From: Acidobacteriota bacterium
GTDB taxonomy: Bacteria; Acidobacteriota; UBA890; WLXD01
DNA: 64,000 nt
Assembly (NCBI GenBank): GCA_963666055.2
Contig: CAXWPH010000002.1
Coordinates: 344,266-408,265, forward strand
Direction of reading: 5' to 3'
In this document: in pieces, positions 19,525-29,360 of the stretch
Numbering within the stretch: the first letter of the stretch is position 1
Layout of the letters: every line of letters begins with the position of its first letter
The notes under the pieces: model-generated
Seen by the model: only the letters and a program-made list of their open reading frames with translations
What the model was told of the DNA's origin: nothing
Databases searched by the model: none
Program-made: the position numbers and the translations under genes

Positions 19525-19791
19525 ATGCCGTTCACCAAACAGCAATATGAAGCCGCCATCGAGAAAATGGAAGCCACCATCGACCGCCTACGCGACGAGG
19601 CGCGGGAGGCAGTGAGCAAATTAGCCGGCGTCACGATGGCCCGCGACGTGGATATCGGCCTGCTGGAAGCATGCACCGAGAAGGTTGAGGCGCTAGTGCG
19701 GGCGGTGCGGGCAAGCGAGGATATTCACGCCAGGCTCAAACATGCTATCGACGGCGCCCTCGCCGCCCGACAAGAGAACGGTACTAAGTGA
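19525..19791 (+). CDS. Hypothetical coiled-coil phage-like protein
   Basis: GAGGAGG RBS; followed by an overlapping xis-like scrap (MTDPKSEQLWTAHDAAEY). Confidence 0.55.
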   Translation: MPFTKQQYEAAIEKMEATIDRLRDEAREAVSKLAGVTMARDVDIGLLEACTEKVEALVRAVRASEDIHARLKHAIDGALAARQENGTK

Positions 19792-19957
19792 CTGATCCGA
19801 AGAGCGAGCAACTGTGGACGGCCCACGACGCAGCCGAATATCCGAAGCCGCCTCCTCCTCCTCTTCCTCCTCCACCTCCGCCGGCGCCGCCCACTCGGCG
19901 ATGGCATGCGACTACTTCGACCACTACCAGAAATAGGGAAAGCCGCAACTTTGAAGG

Positions 19958-20155
19958 TCAAACACCTTCAAGCGGTGAACGACTGAAGGGGGTCACGGCC
20001 CCGCCCGCCTGTCCGCCGACGTTGTCAGCAATGCGTTCGACTGCCTTGACGAGGCGCGTGGCTAGCCCGATTAGGTAGATGAATAGGCCGATCCAGATCA
20101 GCCCGAACAGCAAAGGGAACAGTCCCATCGCAGCCATCATCGGCATGTCCATCAT
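19958..20155 (-). CDS. Small single-TM membrane protein
   Basis: GGAGG RBS; hydrophobic run followed by RLVKAVERIAD. Confidence 0.7.
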   Translation of the reverse strand: MMDMPMMAAMGLFPLLFGLIWIGLFIYLIGLATRLVKAVERIADNVGGQAGGAVTPFSRSPLEGV

Positions 20156-20717
20156 GTCGCTACCTCCGTAGGGATTAGTGATTGACGGCCTTCCTCAGTG
20201 GACGGTTACGTTGTTCCTGGCGTTTTGCCAGCTTCAGTCGCTGCTCGCCCCCATGGCTTGCCTCCCTCGTTCACTCGCCAGCGCGTTTCTTGCTTAGTTC
20301 CGACCTCAGCCGACCCCCGTCCTCTGTCGCCTCTAACCGGATACGGACTCGGCCTTCCTTGTCGCGCAGTTCTTGTATGCCATCGCTTTTGGTAGCCGTT
20401 CTCTTTGCCATCCTTACGCGACTCCCTCCTGGGGTCGTGGGGGCCGACGGCTGATTGTCTTCCAGGACCTATTAGCCACACGGCCCCCTTCTTATGTCTC
20501 GGTGACACCGTCCGCCACCCTGGGGCGCTGATCAGAAGCGACCGAATAGCCAGCGAGGCTGCGGTGGCTGCGACGCGTCCCGGCGGGCAAGCGGTGGGTA
20601 GTGATGAGCGCAGACTCATTTCATTCCCGAACCAGCGACCGGCGATCTATATTGGCCGAGACTGATCGACCATGATGCCTACCACCTACCGAGTCCCCGA
20701 GTGAGAGGCCGCCGCGC

Positions 20718-21044
20718 ATGAGCAAGCCGGGATTCGTCGACGGACGGCACTACGCGACCTACGTGGTGGAGGTTCGTCGCCTCAAGCGGGTGGGCGACCT
20801 CGATGGCGCGAAGGAGCTTCTCCTGCGCCTAGTGGACGCCACAGAGGCCGAGGCATCCGCCCGAGGCGAAAGCTGGGTTGCTCGGTACTACGAGCAGCTT
20901 GCGATCATCTACCGGAAGAAGAAGCAGCCAGCCGACGAGCTCGCGATCCTCGAGCGGTACGAACGACAAGCGAAAGCCCCTGGGACCGTTCCAGAGAGGC
21001 TGGCTAATCGCCTGGCCGGCCTGCGACCCAAGGCGAACCAATGA
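20718..21044 (+). CDS. Helical TPR-like protein, copy 1
   Basis: GRHYATYV..LKR.G..AKELLLRLVDATE..YYEQLAIIYRK..ILERY; paralog at 24018. Confidence 0.8.
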   Translation: MSKPGFVDGRHYATYVVEVRRLKRVGDLDGAKELLLRLVDATEAEASARGESWVARYYEQLAIIYRKKKQPADELAILERYERQAKAPGTVPERLANRLAGLRPKANQ

Positions 21045-21090
21045 AAGGCCGCCGCAGCGCCAACCCCCGCCTGTCGCCTACCCCCGCTGC

Positions 21091-21408
21091 ATGTTCGGCT
21101 CCTACCTGGGCGAGTTGATCGACGCGCACCCTACCTCAAGACCCAAGCTGTCCGAGCGCATCGGCGTGTCTCCGGGGAACCTCAGCAACTACCGCCACGG
21201 CCGCTACCTCCCGCCGGACCGCAAAGCCATCGGCGTGATCGCGCGCGTCCTCGCGCCGACCAGGGCAGAGCAGGTGGAGATCCGCGCCGAGCTCACGCGC
21301 CGCTGGATCGCCGACCTGCTTGATGCGCACCTGCGCGGGGGTGGCGTGTCGCTGGATGAGGCGCGATTGGCGATCCGCGATCTAGCGGGGGCACGGAGGC
21401 GTAGGTAG
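21091..21408 (+). CDS. XRE-like HTH protein, copy 2
   Basis: Near-identical to 18709-19014. Confidence 0.8.
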   Translation: MFGSYLGELIDAHPTSRPKLSERIGVSPGNLSNYRHGRYLPPDRKAIGVIARVLAPTRAEQVEIRAELTRRWIADLLDAHLRGGGVSLDEARLAIRDLAGARRRR

Positions 21409-21511
21409 AGGAAGAGCCAGGAGCCCGCCCGCCACAGCCTCAGGAACATGCGCGGCGAAGTCGGAGTTTGCTAGGCACTACCCGGTTGGGGTGCGGTGAT
21501 TCTAAGATGAT

Positions 21512-21623
21512 GTTGCCTCTTAGCGTGGGACGCTACGTAACCCGCCGCTGGCGGGCACGTGAGCGTCGGCATTGCTCCCGGCTCCGCGATCACAGCGGCG
21601 AGGGTGTCTCGCGCTGGGGGGCC
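21512..21623 (+). ncRNA. Candidate structured RNA, unit 4
   Basis: TAAGAT at 21503; 21515-21533 pairs with 21604-21622; differences from unit 2 keep the pairing. Confidence 0.6.
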
Positions 21624-21699
21624 TCGTATCTAGCCGTGTCCGAGTTGCCCCGTGCTCCCCCCGCTGTAGCCTAGTCGCCCCCGTTGCGACTAGGATGAG

Positions 21700-21821
21700 G
21701 TTACCCCTCGGCGCGGGACGAGGAGCGTAGCGCTACGAGCCGCCGCTAGCGGGCTGGCCAGCATGCACATGACGGCCTGGTTCCGAGATCACAGCGGCTG
21801 CAGCGTCCCGCGTTGGGGGGC
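21700..21821 (+). ncRNA. Candidate structured RNA, unit 5
   Basis: TAGGAT at 21691; 21705-21720 pairs 16/16 with 21804-21819. Confidence 0.6.
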
Positions 21822-21922
21822 CTTGCATGTGGTGGGCGCACGGTGCTCACGGTGTTCAGAGTTCACCGGTGGAACGGAGAGAAATCAGCGGCGAATTCGC
21901 ACCTCTGGCATAGATCACACGC

Positions 21923-23645
21923 ATGGCAATCAACCACCTGTACTACGGCGACAACCTGGATATCCTGCGGCTGCATGTAGCGGATGAGAGCGTGGATCTC
22001 GTGTATCTCGTGTATCTCGATCCGCCGTTCAACAGCGACCAGAACTACAACGTCCTCTTTGCGGACCGGTCGGGTGAGAAAGCGCCTGCGCAGATTCAAG
22101 CGTTCGAGGACACATGGCGTTGGGATATGGCTGCCGCCGCGGCCTATGAGGAAACGGTAGAGATAGGCGGCCAGGTATCGCGTGTCATGCAGGCATTCCG
22201 CACATTCCTGGGCGAGAACGACTTGCTTGCCTACCTAGCGATGATGGCGCCGCGTCTCGTCGAGCTTCATCGCGTTCTCAAGTGCACAGGCGGCCTCTAC
22301 CTACATTGTGATCCAACGGCGAGTCACTACCTGAAGATCATCCTGGATGCCGTCTTCGAACCCAAACGCTTTTGCACGGAGATCGTCTGGAAGCGGAGCG
22401 GCGCTCATAGCGACACGAAACAGGGAAGCAAGAAGCACGGCCACATCCACGACGTAATTCTCTTCTACACAAAGGGCGACGGCTGGACTTGGAACGAGGT
22501 CTATACCCCCCTATGAGGAGTCCTACATAGGTCGGGACTACAAGCTCGTCGACGATGACGGCAGACGGTTCCGACGCGACAACCTGACGGCGGCGCGCCC
22601 TGGCGGGGATACCGAGTACGAATGGCGGGCGAAGAAGCGAGAGGACGTGCGCGAACGCTGGGTCGCTGACCTCGACGACGAGTACAAGAATCCGAAGCCG
22701 GGCTGGGAGTACGTTGGTGTGCCGCCGTACAAGGGCCGCTACTGGGCGTACTCCAAAGACAACATGCGTAAGTTCGCGCGAGAGGGCCGTCTGCGACACA
22801 CGTATGGCGGGATGCCCGAGTACAAGCGATACCTCGACGAGATGCCGGGTGTACCGCTACAGGATATCTGGACCGACATCACGCCAATCATCTCTGGGCA
22901 GTCCGAGCGTCTCGGGTACCCAACACAGAAACCGGAAGCGCTGCTGGACCGCATCATCACGTCTAGCAGCAACGAAGGTGACCTCGTCCTCGACCCGTTC
23001 TGCGGGTGCGGCACTACGGTCGCTGTTGCTCAGCGACTGAAGCGGCGCTGGATCGGCATAGACATCACACACCTAGCTGTATCGCTGATGAAGCACCGGC
23101 TCCGAGACTCCTTCGGCGACAACGTAGCGAATGAGTACGAGGTGATAGGAGAGCCTGTTGCGGTGTCCGGTGCTCAGGAACTAGCACACGATGATCCTTA
23201 TCAGTTCCAATGGTGGGCATTGGGGCTGGTAGGTGCGCGGCCGGTCGAGCAAAAAAAAGGGCGCCGACAAAGGCATCGACGGACGAATCTATTTCCACGA
23301 CGACGGGAGAAAAACGAAGCAGGTCATCCTCTCCGTGAAGGCCGGCAAGAGCAGCGTCGCACATCTTCGCGACCTCCGCGGTGTCATTGACCGTGAGAGC
23401 GCCGAGATTGGCGTCTGATCTCCATGCAGGAGCCAACGGCTCCGATGCGGAAGGAGGCGGCCTCAGCCGGCTTCTACGAGTCTCCCTGGGGCAAGCACCC
23501 GCGCCTACAACTCCTCACCGTGGGCGAGCTGCTCGAGGGCAAGGAGATCGACCGGCCACGGTCCCGAGCGGACGCGACCTTCAAGAAGGCGCCTAGGCAG
23601 GGGCCGGCTGAACCTGCGACCGGCGATCTGTATGGCCGAGGCTGA
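21923..23645 (+). pseudogene. N6/N4 DNA methyltransferase with C-terminal Mrr-like restriction endonuclease domain, frameshifted
   Basis: LYYGDNL, YLDPPFNS, GYPTQKPEALL, VLDPFCGCGTT, then FQWWAL..GADKGIDG..SVKAG; breaks near 22510 (C run), 23250 (A8) and 23415. Confidence 0.88.
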
Positions 23646-24017
23646 CCCCCTCGCAAATCGGCCGGCTGGAAGTAGCTACTCTGACGGACGGCTACATTCG
23701 CGGCCCAATGTCGCCAGCGATTGTCAATTCACTTCCACTGTGTGCGAATCGCTAGCTGGCCGTCATTACCCAGCGCTGACAATTCTTTACGGCTCAGTCC
23801 CTGGTTGGCGGCGGCTGCGGTCGATAGCTTTCTCGCGTCGTTCGTGTTCGATGCTTGAGCCGACCGATGCCTGACAGCAGGCAGTGCCCCTCCCCTCGCA
23901 AATCTCCCGGCTGCGCGCTTTCTAGTAGTAGAAGAAAATTGTTCCGCTTGGCCACGGCTGCGCGCAAGCTCAAACGTGCCGCAGGTCGCGCCCTGCGCGC
24001 GAAGGTAGTGCCCAACA

Positions 24018-24353
24018 ATGTGCACCCCCGGCTTCATCGATGGCCGGCACTACTCAACCTACGTCCTGGAGTATCGCCGTCTGAAGCGAGAGGGCGAGCT
24101 TGATCGAACAGAAAAGCTCCTGATCCGAATCGTCGGCGCAACGGAGGACGAGGCCACGGCCAACGGCTGGGATGATGTAGGGCCCACTTACTACGAGCAG
24201 CTGGCCATCATCTACCGGGAAAAGAAGCAGCTGGCCGAAGAGATCAAGATACTCGAGCGGTACGAGCAACAAGCAAGAGCCTCGCACACTCCTTCCGCGA
24301 GACTCGCCGAGCGCCTAGCAGAGCTGCGCGCCAAAGCCGGTAAGAACCCATGA
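24018..24353 (+). CDS. Helical TPR-like protein, copy 2
   Basis: Diverged paralog of 20718-21044. Confidence 0.75.
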   Translation: MCTPGFIDGRHYSTYVLEYRRLKREGELDRTEKLLIRIVGATEDEATANGWDDVGPTYYEQLAIIYREKKQLAEEIKILERYEQQARASHTPSARLAERLAELRAKAGKNP

Positions 24354-24398
24354 CCCCGACCACCTACCGAGTCCTCTAGCCCGAGAGCACAAAGCCAC

Positions 24399-24677
24399 GT
24401 GACCAACGACGAAGCGGACCAAGAGCCCGAGCGCCTTCGGTACACGAACGACATGGCTCCGGTTCTGCTCGCGGAGGTCGTGCATCTGGGAGCTCGCCTG
24501 AACGCGCTGATCAACCGGCTGCGCGAGCAGGGACATCTTTCAGAAGCGGATATGGAATCGCTGCTGGAAGACGAAACGAGAATCCGCAATCAACGAAGTG
24601 CTGAGTTTCTGGCCCTCGTGTCCGCCTATGACTCCGCGGAACATATGCGAATCGCCAAGGAAGAACATGATGCGTAG
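24399..24677 (+). CDS. Hypothetical protein
   Basis: 92 aa ORF co-oriented with its neighbours. Confidence 0.5.
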   Translation: MTNDEADQEPERLRYTNDMAPVLLAEVVHLGARLNALINRLREQGHLSEADMESLLEDETRIRNQRSAEFLALVSAYDSAEHMRIAKEEHDA

Positions 24678-24753
24678 CCGGCTTGCCCTGGTGATCATCG
24701 TCGTTCTGTTAGCGCTTGCCGTGGCAGTCATCGTCGTTCGAATCATCTACTGA
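24667..24753 (+). CDS. 28 aa hydrophobic peptide
   Basis: MMRSRLALVIIVVLLALAVAVIVVRIIY*; AAGGAAG upstream. Confidence 0.45.
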   Translation: MMRSRLALVIIVVLLALAVAVIVVRIIY

Positions 24754-24861
24754 TCTCCCGTGGTGAGAGCCGATCTATTCCGCTAAGCTGAGCAGCCTTT
24801 GCCGAGATCCGGTGCGGTGCTGAGTAGTCAGGACCGGGCCGACAATCGAGGAGCCGATGAC

Positions 24862-25139
24862 ATGCCCAAGTACGTGATCGAGCGAGAGATACCGGGTGCC
24901 GGCGACCTGTCGGCTGACGACCTCAGGGGAATCTCGCAGAAGGGTTCGAGTTGATGGTCGACGGGTTCAACATGCTCAACAACTTCTCCCCGACCAGCGT
25001 CAGAGATCGAATCGACCGAACGTTCAGCCTTCAGCGCGACGCCGAAGGCAACAGACTCTCCAACGTCGGGCTGCCCCGGGACTCTTCAAGACTGCTGCCC
25101 GGACGGCAGTTTCGGTTCGGGGCAGGACTTTCCTTCTGA
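24862..25139 (+). pseudogene. Fused scraps: DUF4242-like N-terminus and TonB-dependent receptor-like C-terminus
   Basis: MPKYVIEREIPGAGDLSADDLRGISQK with GAGGAG RBS; then DGFNMLN..PGRQFRFGAGLSF*. Confidence 0.6.
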
Positions 25140-25286
25140 TTGGCTGACACGCAACGACAAACTGGGGTGCGGTGATCCAGGGCCGGGAGCCGGCCCTGCG
25201 GATCGACGATGACCTCGAGGGCCATCGCTGACTGAGCCGCACCCTGCTGGTGCTGTCGTTCGATCTGCTGACGCAGACGCAGCTCG

Positions 25287-26519
25287 TCAGTGCTGTCTCT
25301 CGATCCGCTGGCGCAGCTCGTCGATGCGCTGTGCATCGCCCGCCCGGCCCAGCGCACGGTAGGCGGCGGCGAGAACCTCGTACGTCTCCGCACGCTCCGG
25401 CTGGAGCTGGCGCGCCCGCTCCAGTGCCGTGATCGCACCTTCGTGCTGGCCGAGTGCTGCCCTGCACAGGCCGATGTTGAAGTGGATCAACGCGTCGTCG
25501 GGCGCCAACTCGACCGCGGTCTCGAAGAGCTCCAGCGCCTCGGCCGGATGGTCTCGGCGGAAGTAGTAGAGCCCCTGCGCGTTCAGCATGCCGATCTGCA
25601 TGGCGCGATTCTGCTGGAGCTCGCGCTGGCGCTCGGCCCTGGTCATCTCCTGGAAGCGCTGCATCAGCTGTCGGGCCTGCTCCCGCTGACCGCTGTCGCG
25701 AAGGGCCAGCGCCAGGTTGTAGTGGGCCAGTTTCAGCCCGGCGTCGAGCTTGATTGCCTCGCGCCCGTGCGTCACCGCACCCTCCAGGTCCCCGGCCTTG
25801 TACAGAACGGAACCGAGCAGCTGGTGCGCCTGCGCGGCGCAGCATGCCTGCATCCCGAGGACACGTCGGAGCAGCTCCTCGGCGGCCGAGAGCTCCTGGC
25901 GATCGATGTACACCTCGGCAAGGCGCACGTATGCCAGCGCTTGGCGCGGGCGCATCCGGATCATCGCTTCGAGCTGCTCCACCGCGCCGTCGAGATCGCC
26001 CTCTGCCCGCGCCAGCATACCGAGATCGAAGCGCGCTTCCACGGCGCCCGCCATCGTGGCCGCCTCGAAGGCGGCTCGCGCCTCCGACCCCATGCCCATC
26101 TGGAGCAGCGTACGACCCCTCAGCAGCTCGAGGTTCGGTTTCCCGCCACCCCCTGCCTGACACTCGTCGACGAGCGCGATCGTCTTGTCATGGAGGGTGA
26201 GACGGCGGTAGGCGCGACCGAGCGCCAGGCAGGTTTCGATACTCTCGGGACGCAGCTCGTGGGCGCGCTCGTACGCCGTCGTCGCCCTGAGAAGCGACTC
26301 GAAGTCGCCGTTCTCCAGCGCCGCCGCACCGGCCTGCATCGCCTCGTCGAACTCCTCCGCTGGCGTCTGCGCGGTCTCCGTTTCCTGTCCGGTTACCGGG
26401 CGCGCATCCAACCCACCCGGCCAGGCCGACGCCTCCGGAGTCGAGCCGCGGAGGATCGGAGCGGCCAGGAAAGAGCAGACGACGACGTGCAAGCTGATTC
26501 GCACTACCGTCGCGTGCAT
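25287..26519 (-). CDS. Exported TPR protein
   Basis: Signal peptide; multiple TPR units (AHYNLALAL, IHFNIGLC). Confidence 0.88.
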   Translation of the reverse strand: MHATVVRISLHVVVCSFLAAPILRGSTPEASAWPGGLDARPVTGQETETAQTPAEEFDEAMQAGAAALENGDFESLLRATTAYERAHELRPESIETCLALGRAYRRLTLHDKTIALVDECQAGGGGKPNLELLRGRTLLQMGMGSEARAAFEAATMAGAVEARFDLGMLARAEGDLDGAVEQLEAMIRMRPRQALAYVRLAEVYIDRQELSAAEELLRRVLGMQACCAAQAHQLLGSVLYKAGDLEGAVTHGREAIKLDAGLKLAHYNLALALRDSGQREQARQLMQRFQEMTRAERQRELQQNRAMQIGMLNAQGLYYFRRDHPAEALELFETAVELAPDDALIHFNIGLCRAALGQHEGAITALERARQLQPERAETYEVLAAAYRALGRAGDAQRIDELRQRIERQH

Positions 26520-26521
26520 CG

Positions 26522-28939
26522 TCAGCGCTGTGTCCCGGTACGCAGCTGCATCCCAAGACGCGCGTGCTGGTTGGACAGCTCGTTTCTTCCGAGTCGATTG
26601 TAGATGTCCGCGAGCAAGAGATGGCCCAGCACCTGGTCCTGCCTGATGATCTCCTGCGGTACCCCACGCGCCTTCGACAACTCGAGTCGCTCCAGCGCCC
26701 CCTCGACGAGCGACACGGCCTCGTCGAGACGCTCGTTCTTCACCAGGTAGATGCGGGCGAGGAACAGGCGCCCACTGGCGAACTGCGGGTCGATTTCGAG
26801 GGCCATACGCAGGTAGCGCTCCTCCTCGACGAGGTTGCCGCGGTCGCGGTAGATGACGCCGAGTTTGAAGGCGGCATCGACGTTGCCCGGCGTGTTCTCG
26901 AGCTCGCGGCGGTAGGCGGCGATCGCCTCGTCCGGCTGTCCTCGGGTCTGGAACAGCAACCCGCGCTGGTAGTGCAGATCGGCGAGGGTATCGTTGAAGC
27001 CGCGCGCCAGGTTCAGGTGTTCCTCCGCCAGGCTTTGGCGGCCTGCGGCCAGGTGGATGGCTCCGAGCCCCACGTGCGCCGCGGCCATGATGTTGTTCGT
27101 CGGCGTGTCTCCGCTGATGCGCAGCGCCTCGTTGAAATAGGTCGCCGCCTCGTCGTATGAGCGCCTGGCCTGCTTGATGCGCCCGAGGCTGATGTACAGC
27201 CGGGCATCCTGCTCCAGGACGTCGATGAAGTCCAGCAACACCTTCTCGGCCTCGTTCATCCGGCCGGCCTGCATCTGCGTGCTGGTGAGAAAGAGCACCA
27301 GGGCCGCATCTTCGGGCCGCATCGAGAGTGCGGTCTCGAAGGCCTCGATCGCTTCGTCGTAGCGGAGCTGCTCGAAGAGCAGGTTGCCGAGCGACTGGTG
27401 CGCGTCGACCACTCCGGCATCCTCGGCGATGACCCCCCGCAGGAGCATTTCGGCCTCGGCCAGTTCGTTATTGACGGTCAGACCGCGGGCCAGGAGCAGG
27501 TCGTTGTAGATCTCGACTTTGTCCTTCGGGTTGGCGCGCTCGACCTCCGGGTCGTCTGCATCGGCGCTGTAGCCGCCGATGTACCCGAGCGCGGCGAGCC
27601 GCTGGAGAGTCTCCTGGTCGAGCGTGACGGTGTTCGCCGGGTTGGCGTTCTCCTCGAACTGCGCCACCAGCTCTTCGGCCTCCCGGCGCAGCGCCTCTGC
27701 CGTGGCGGCGCGCTCTGATGCGAGGTTCTGCCGCTCCTCGGGGTCCTGCAGAAGATCGTAGAGCTCCGGCTCGGACGAGATGATGAGCTTGTGGGTGGGC
27801 TCGAGGATCGCCTGGAGCTCGCTCCAGCCGAAATGCAGGCGCGGGTAGAAGGTCTCGGCATAGACGCGCTCGTCGGGCCTACCCTCGACCTCGGCGTCGT
27901 TGGTAAACAGCGGTACCAGGCTCCTGCCATGCACCTCTTCGGGGGTCTCCAGCCCGGTCAGCTCCAACACGGTCGGCATGACGTCGATCAACGAGACCAG
28001 CTCGTGGCGCTGGATGCCCTGCGGCTCGTCGAACGGCGTGGCGATGATCAGCGGCACCCGGATGGCCGACTCGTACAGCAGCAGCCCGTGCTCGTTCTCC
28101 CCGTGCTCGCCGAGGCTCTCGCCGTGATCGGCTGCCACCACCACGTAGGTGTCGTCGGATCGGCCGGAGTCGTCCAGCCACGAGATCAGCCTGCCGACCA
28201 AGGAGTCGGTCCAGGCGATCTCACCGACGTAGGGCCGGTCGGCGTATCGCGACCTGAAGGGCTCGGGCGGATCGTACGGAGTGTGCGGATCGTACAGGTG
28301 CACCCACATGAAGAACGGGGTCGTGTCGTCCTCGCGGGCCCACGCCAGGGCGGCGTCGATGACCTCCGATCCGGGACGCTGCACGCGGCCCAGAAAGATC
28401 GCTCGCTGCTCGGGCACCTCGAACTCGTCGAAGTACCGGTCGAACCCCTGGGCCAGGCCCCAGCGCGAGTCGAGCACGAAGGCTCCGACGAACGCGCCAG
28501 TTCGGTAGCCGGCCTGCTGGAAGCTCTCGGCCAGGGTCTGCAGCCCTTCTGGCGCGATGTGGGCGCCGTTGTCGCGTACCCCGTGGTAGGGCGGGTGGGT
28601 TCCGGTGAATAGCGAGGTGTGCGAGGGCAGCGTCAGCGGCGTCGAGGCGTAGGCGCGCATGAAGGTGACGCCGCGGGCGGCAAGCCCATCGATGACCGGT
28701 GTGTCGACCTCGTCGAAGCCGTACACGCCGAGTCGATCGGCGCGCGTCGTGTCGAGCGTCACCAGCAGGACGTTGAGCTTGCGGTCGCCGCGGAGCTCGT
28801 CGAGCCGCGCCCCCGGGGACGCTCCCGGGCCACAGCCGATCGTCAGCAGGACGATCGCCCACACGGACGCGACAGCGGCGAGCGCTGCCAGTACCCTGCT
28901 ACGTCGCGGCGCACGCCGACCGCGCTCGAAGCTCGGCAT
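26522..28939 (-). CDS. Sulfatase-like hydrolase with C-terminal TPRs
   Basis: NVLLVTLDTTRAD, PLTLPSHTSLFTG, WVHLYDPH, ADHGESLGEHGE, LAALGY; GGAGG before MPSF. Confidence 0.92.
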   Translation of the reverse strand: MPSFERGRRAPRRSRVLAALAAVASVWAIVLLTIGCGPGASPGARLDELRGDRKLNVLLVTLDTTRADRLGVYGFDEVDTPVIDGLAARGVTFMRAYASTPLTLPSHTSLFTGTHPPYHGVRDNGAHIAPEGLQTLAESFQQAGYRTGAFVGAFVLDSRWGLAQGFDRYFDEFEVPEQRAIFLGRVQRPGSEVIDAALAWAREDDTTPFFMWVHLYDPHTPYDPPEPFRSRYADRPYVGEIAWTDSLVGRLISWLDDSGRSDDTYVVVAADHGESLGEHGENEHGLLLYESAIRVPLIIATPFDEPQGIQRHELVSLIDVMPTVLELTGLETPEEVHGRSLVPLFTNDAEVEGRPDERVYAETFYPRLHFGWSELQAILEPTHKLIISSEPELYDLLQDPEERQNLASERAATAEALRREAEELVAQFEENANPANTVTLDQETLQRLAALGYIGGYSADADDPEVERANPKDKVEIYNDLLLARGLTVNNELAEAEMLLRGVIAEDAGVVDAHQSLGNLLFEQLRYDEAIEAFETALSMRPEDAALVLFLTSTQMQAGRMNEAEKVLLDFIDVLEQDARLYISLGRIKQARRSYDEAATYFNEALRISGDTPTNNIMAAAHVGLGAIHLAAGRQSLAEEHLNLARGFNDTLADLHYQRGLLFQTRGQPDEAIAAYRRELENTPGNVDAAFKLGVIYRDRGNLVEEERYLRMALEIDPQFASGRLFLARIYLVKNERLDEAVSLVEGALERLELSKARGVPQEIIRQDQVLGHLLLADIYNRLGRNELSNQHARLGMQLRTGTQR

Positions 28940-29360
28940 CCTACTCGCCTCCATCGTCAGGGGTCGCGGCGATCGACCGGGCGGTTGCGGGACGCTATCC
29001 GTGGGCGGGACGCGGCGCCGCCCTGCGAGAATCCTCCCAGATATAGTGTCGCCTGAAGCGTATCGCCGGAGCGTGCGAGATCCAACGGAGGCACCGTCAG
29101 GAGCCTCCCCAGCGTCAACCGGCCTGGCCCCCAATTCGGGAAGGGTACCATCCCGTGCGGAACCATCCCGTGCGGGGTGGTTCCGCGCGTTAGGGGCCGT
29201 CCTGGGGATATGCACCAGCGCTCTACCCCACCGCCTGACGGTCGCGCTCGTCAGCCGTGAGTGGTTACCCCGATACCCGCCCTGGCCAACCCAAGAGCGT
29301 GCCGCTACGGACGAGCGAAATCGAAGGACGCTAGGGCTTGTCGAGTCTCGGCTGTCGGCG

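Noticed and set aside
19845-19895. Polyproline protein (PKPPPPPLPPPPPPAPP)
   Set aside because: Low-complexity CCT/CCG run at a junction after an xis-like scrap; no coherent gene.
18421-21830. Structured units as integron attC sites or a CRISPR array
   Set aside because: attC needs RYYYAAC at the 5' end and GTTRRRY at the 3' end, but here GTT is 5' of the stem and there is no IntI. There is no regular repeat-spacer period and no cas gene.
18421-21830. Retron msr-msd or IS110/IS200-associated guide RNA
   Set aside because: No reverse transcriptase, IS110 recombinase, TnpB or IscB ORF is recognisable in the window, so these cannot be supported from this sequence.
29135-29190. ACCATCCCGTGCGG tandem copies as a regulatory array
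   Set aside because: Only two copies, in the probably non-coding region upstream of the sulfatase; too little to assign a function.
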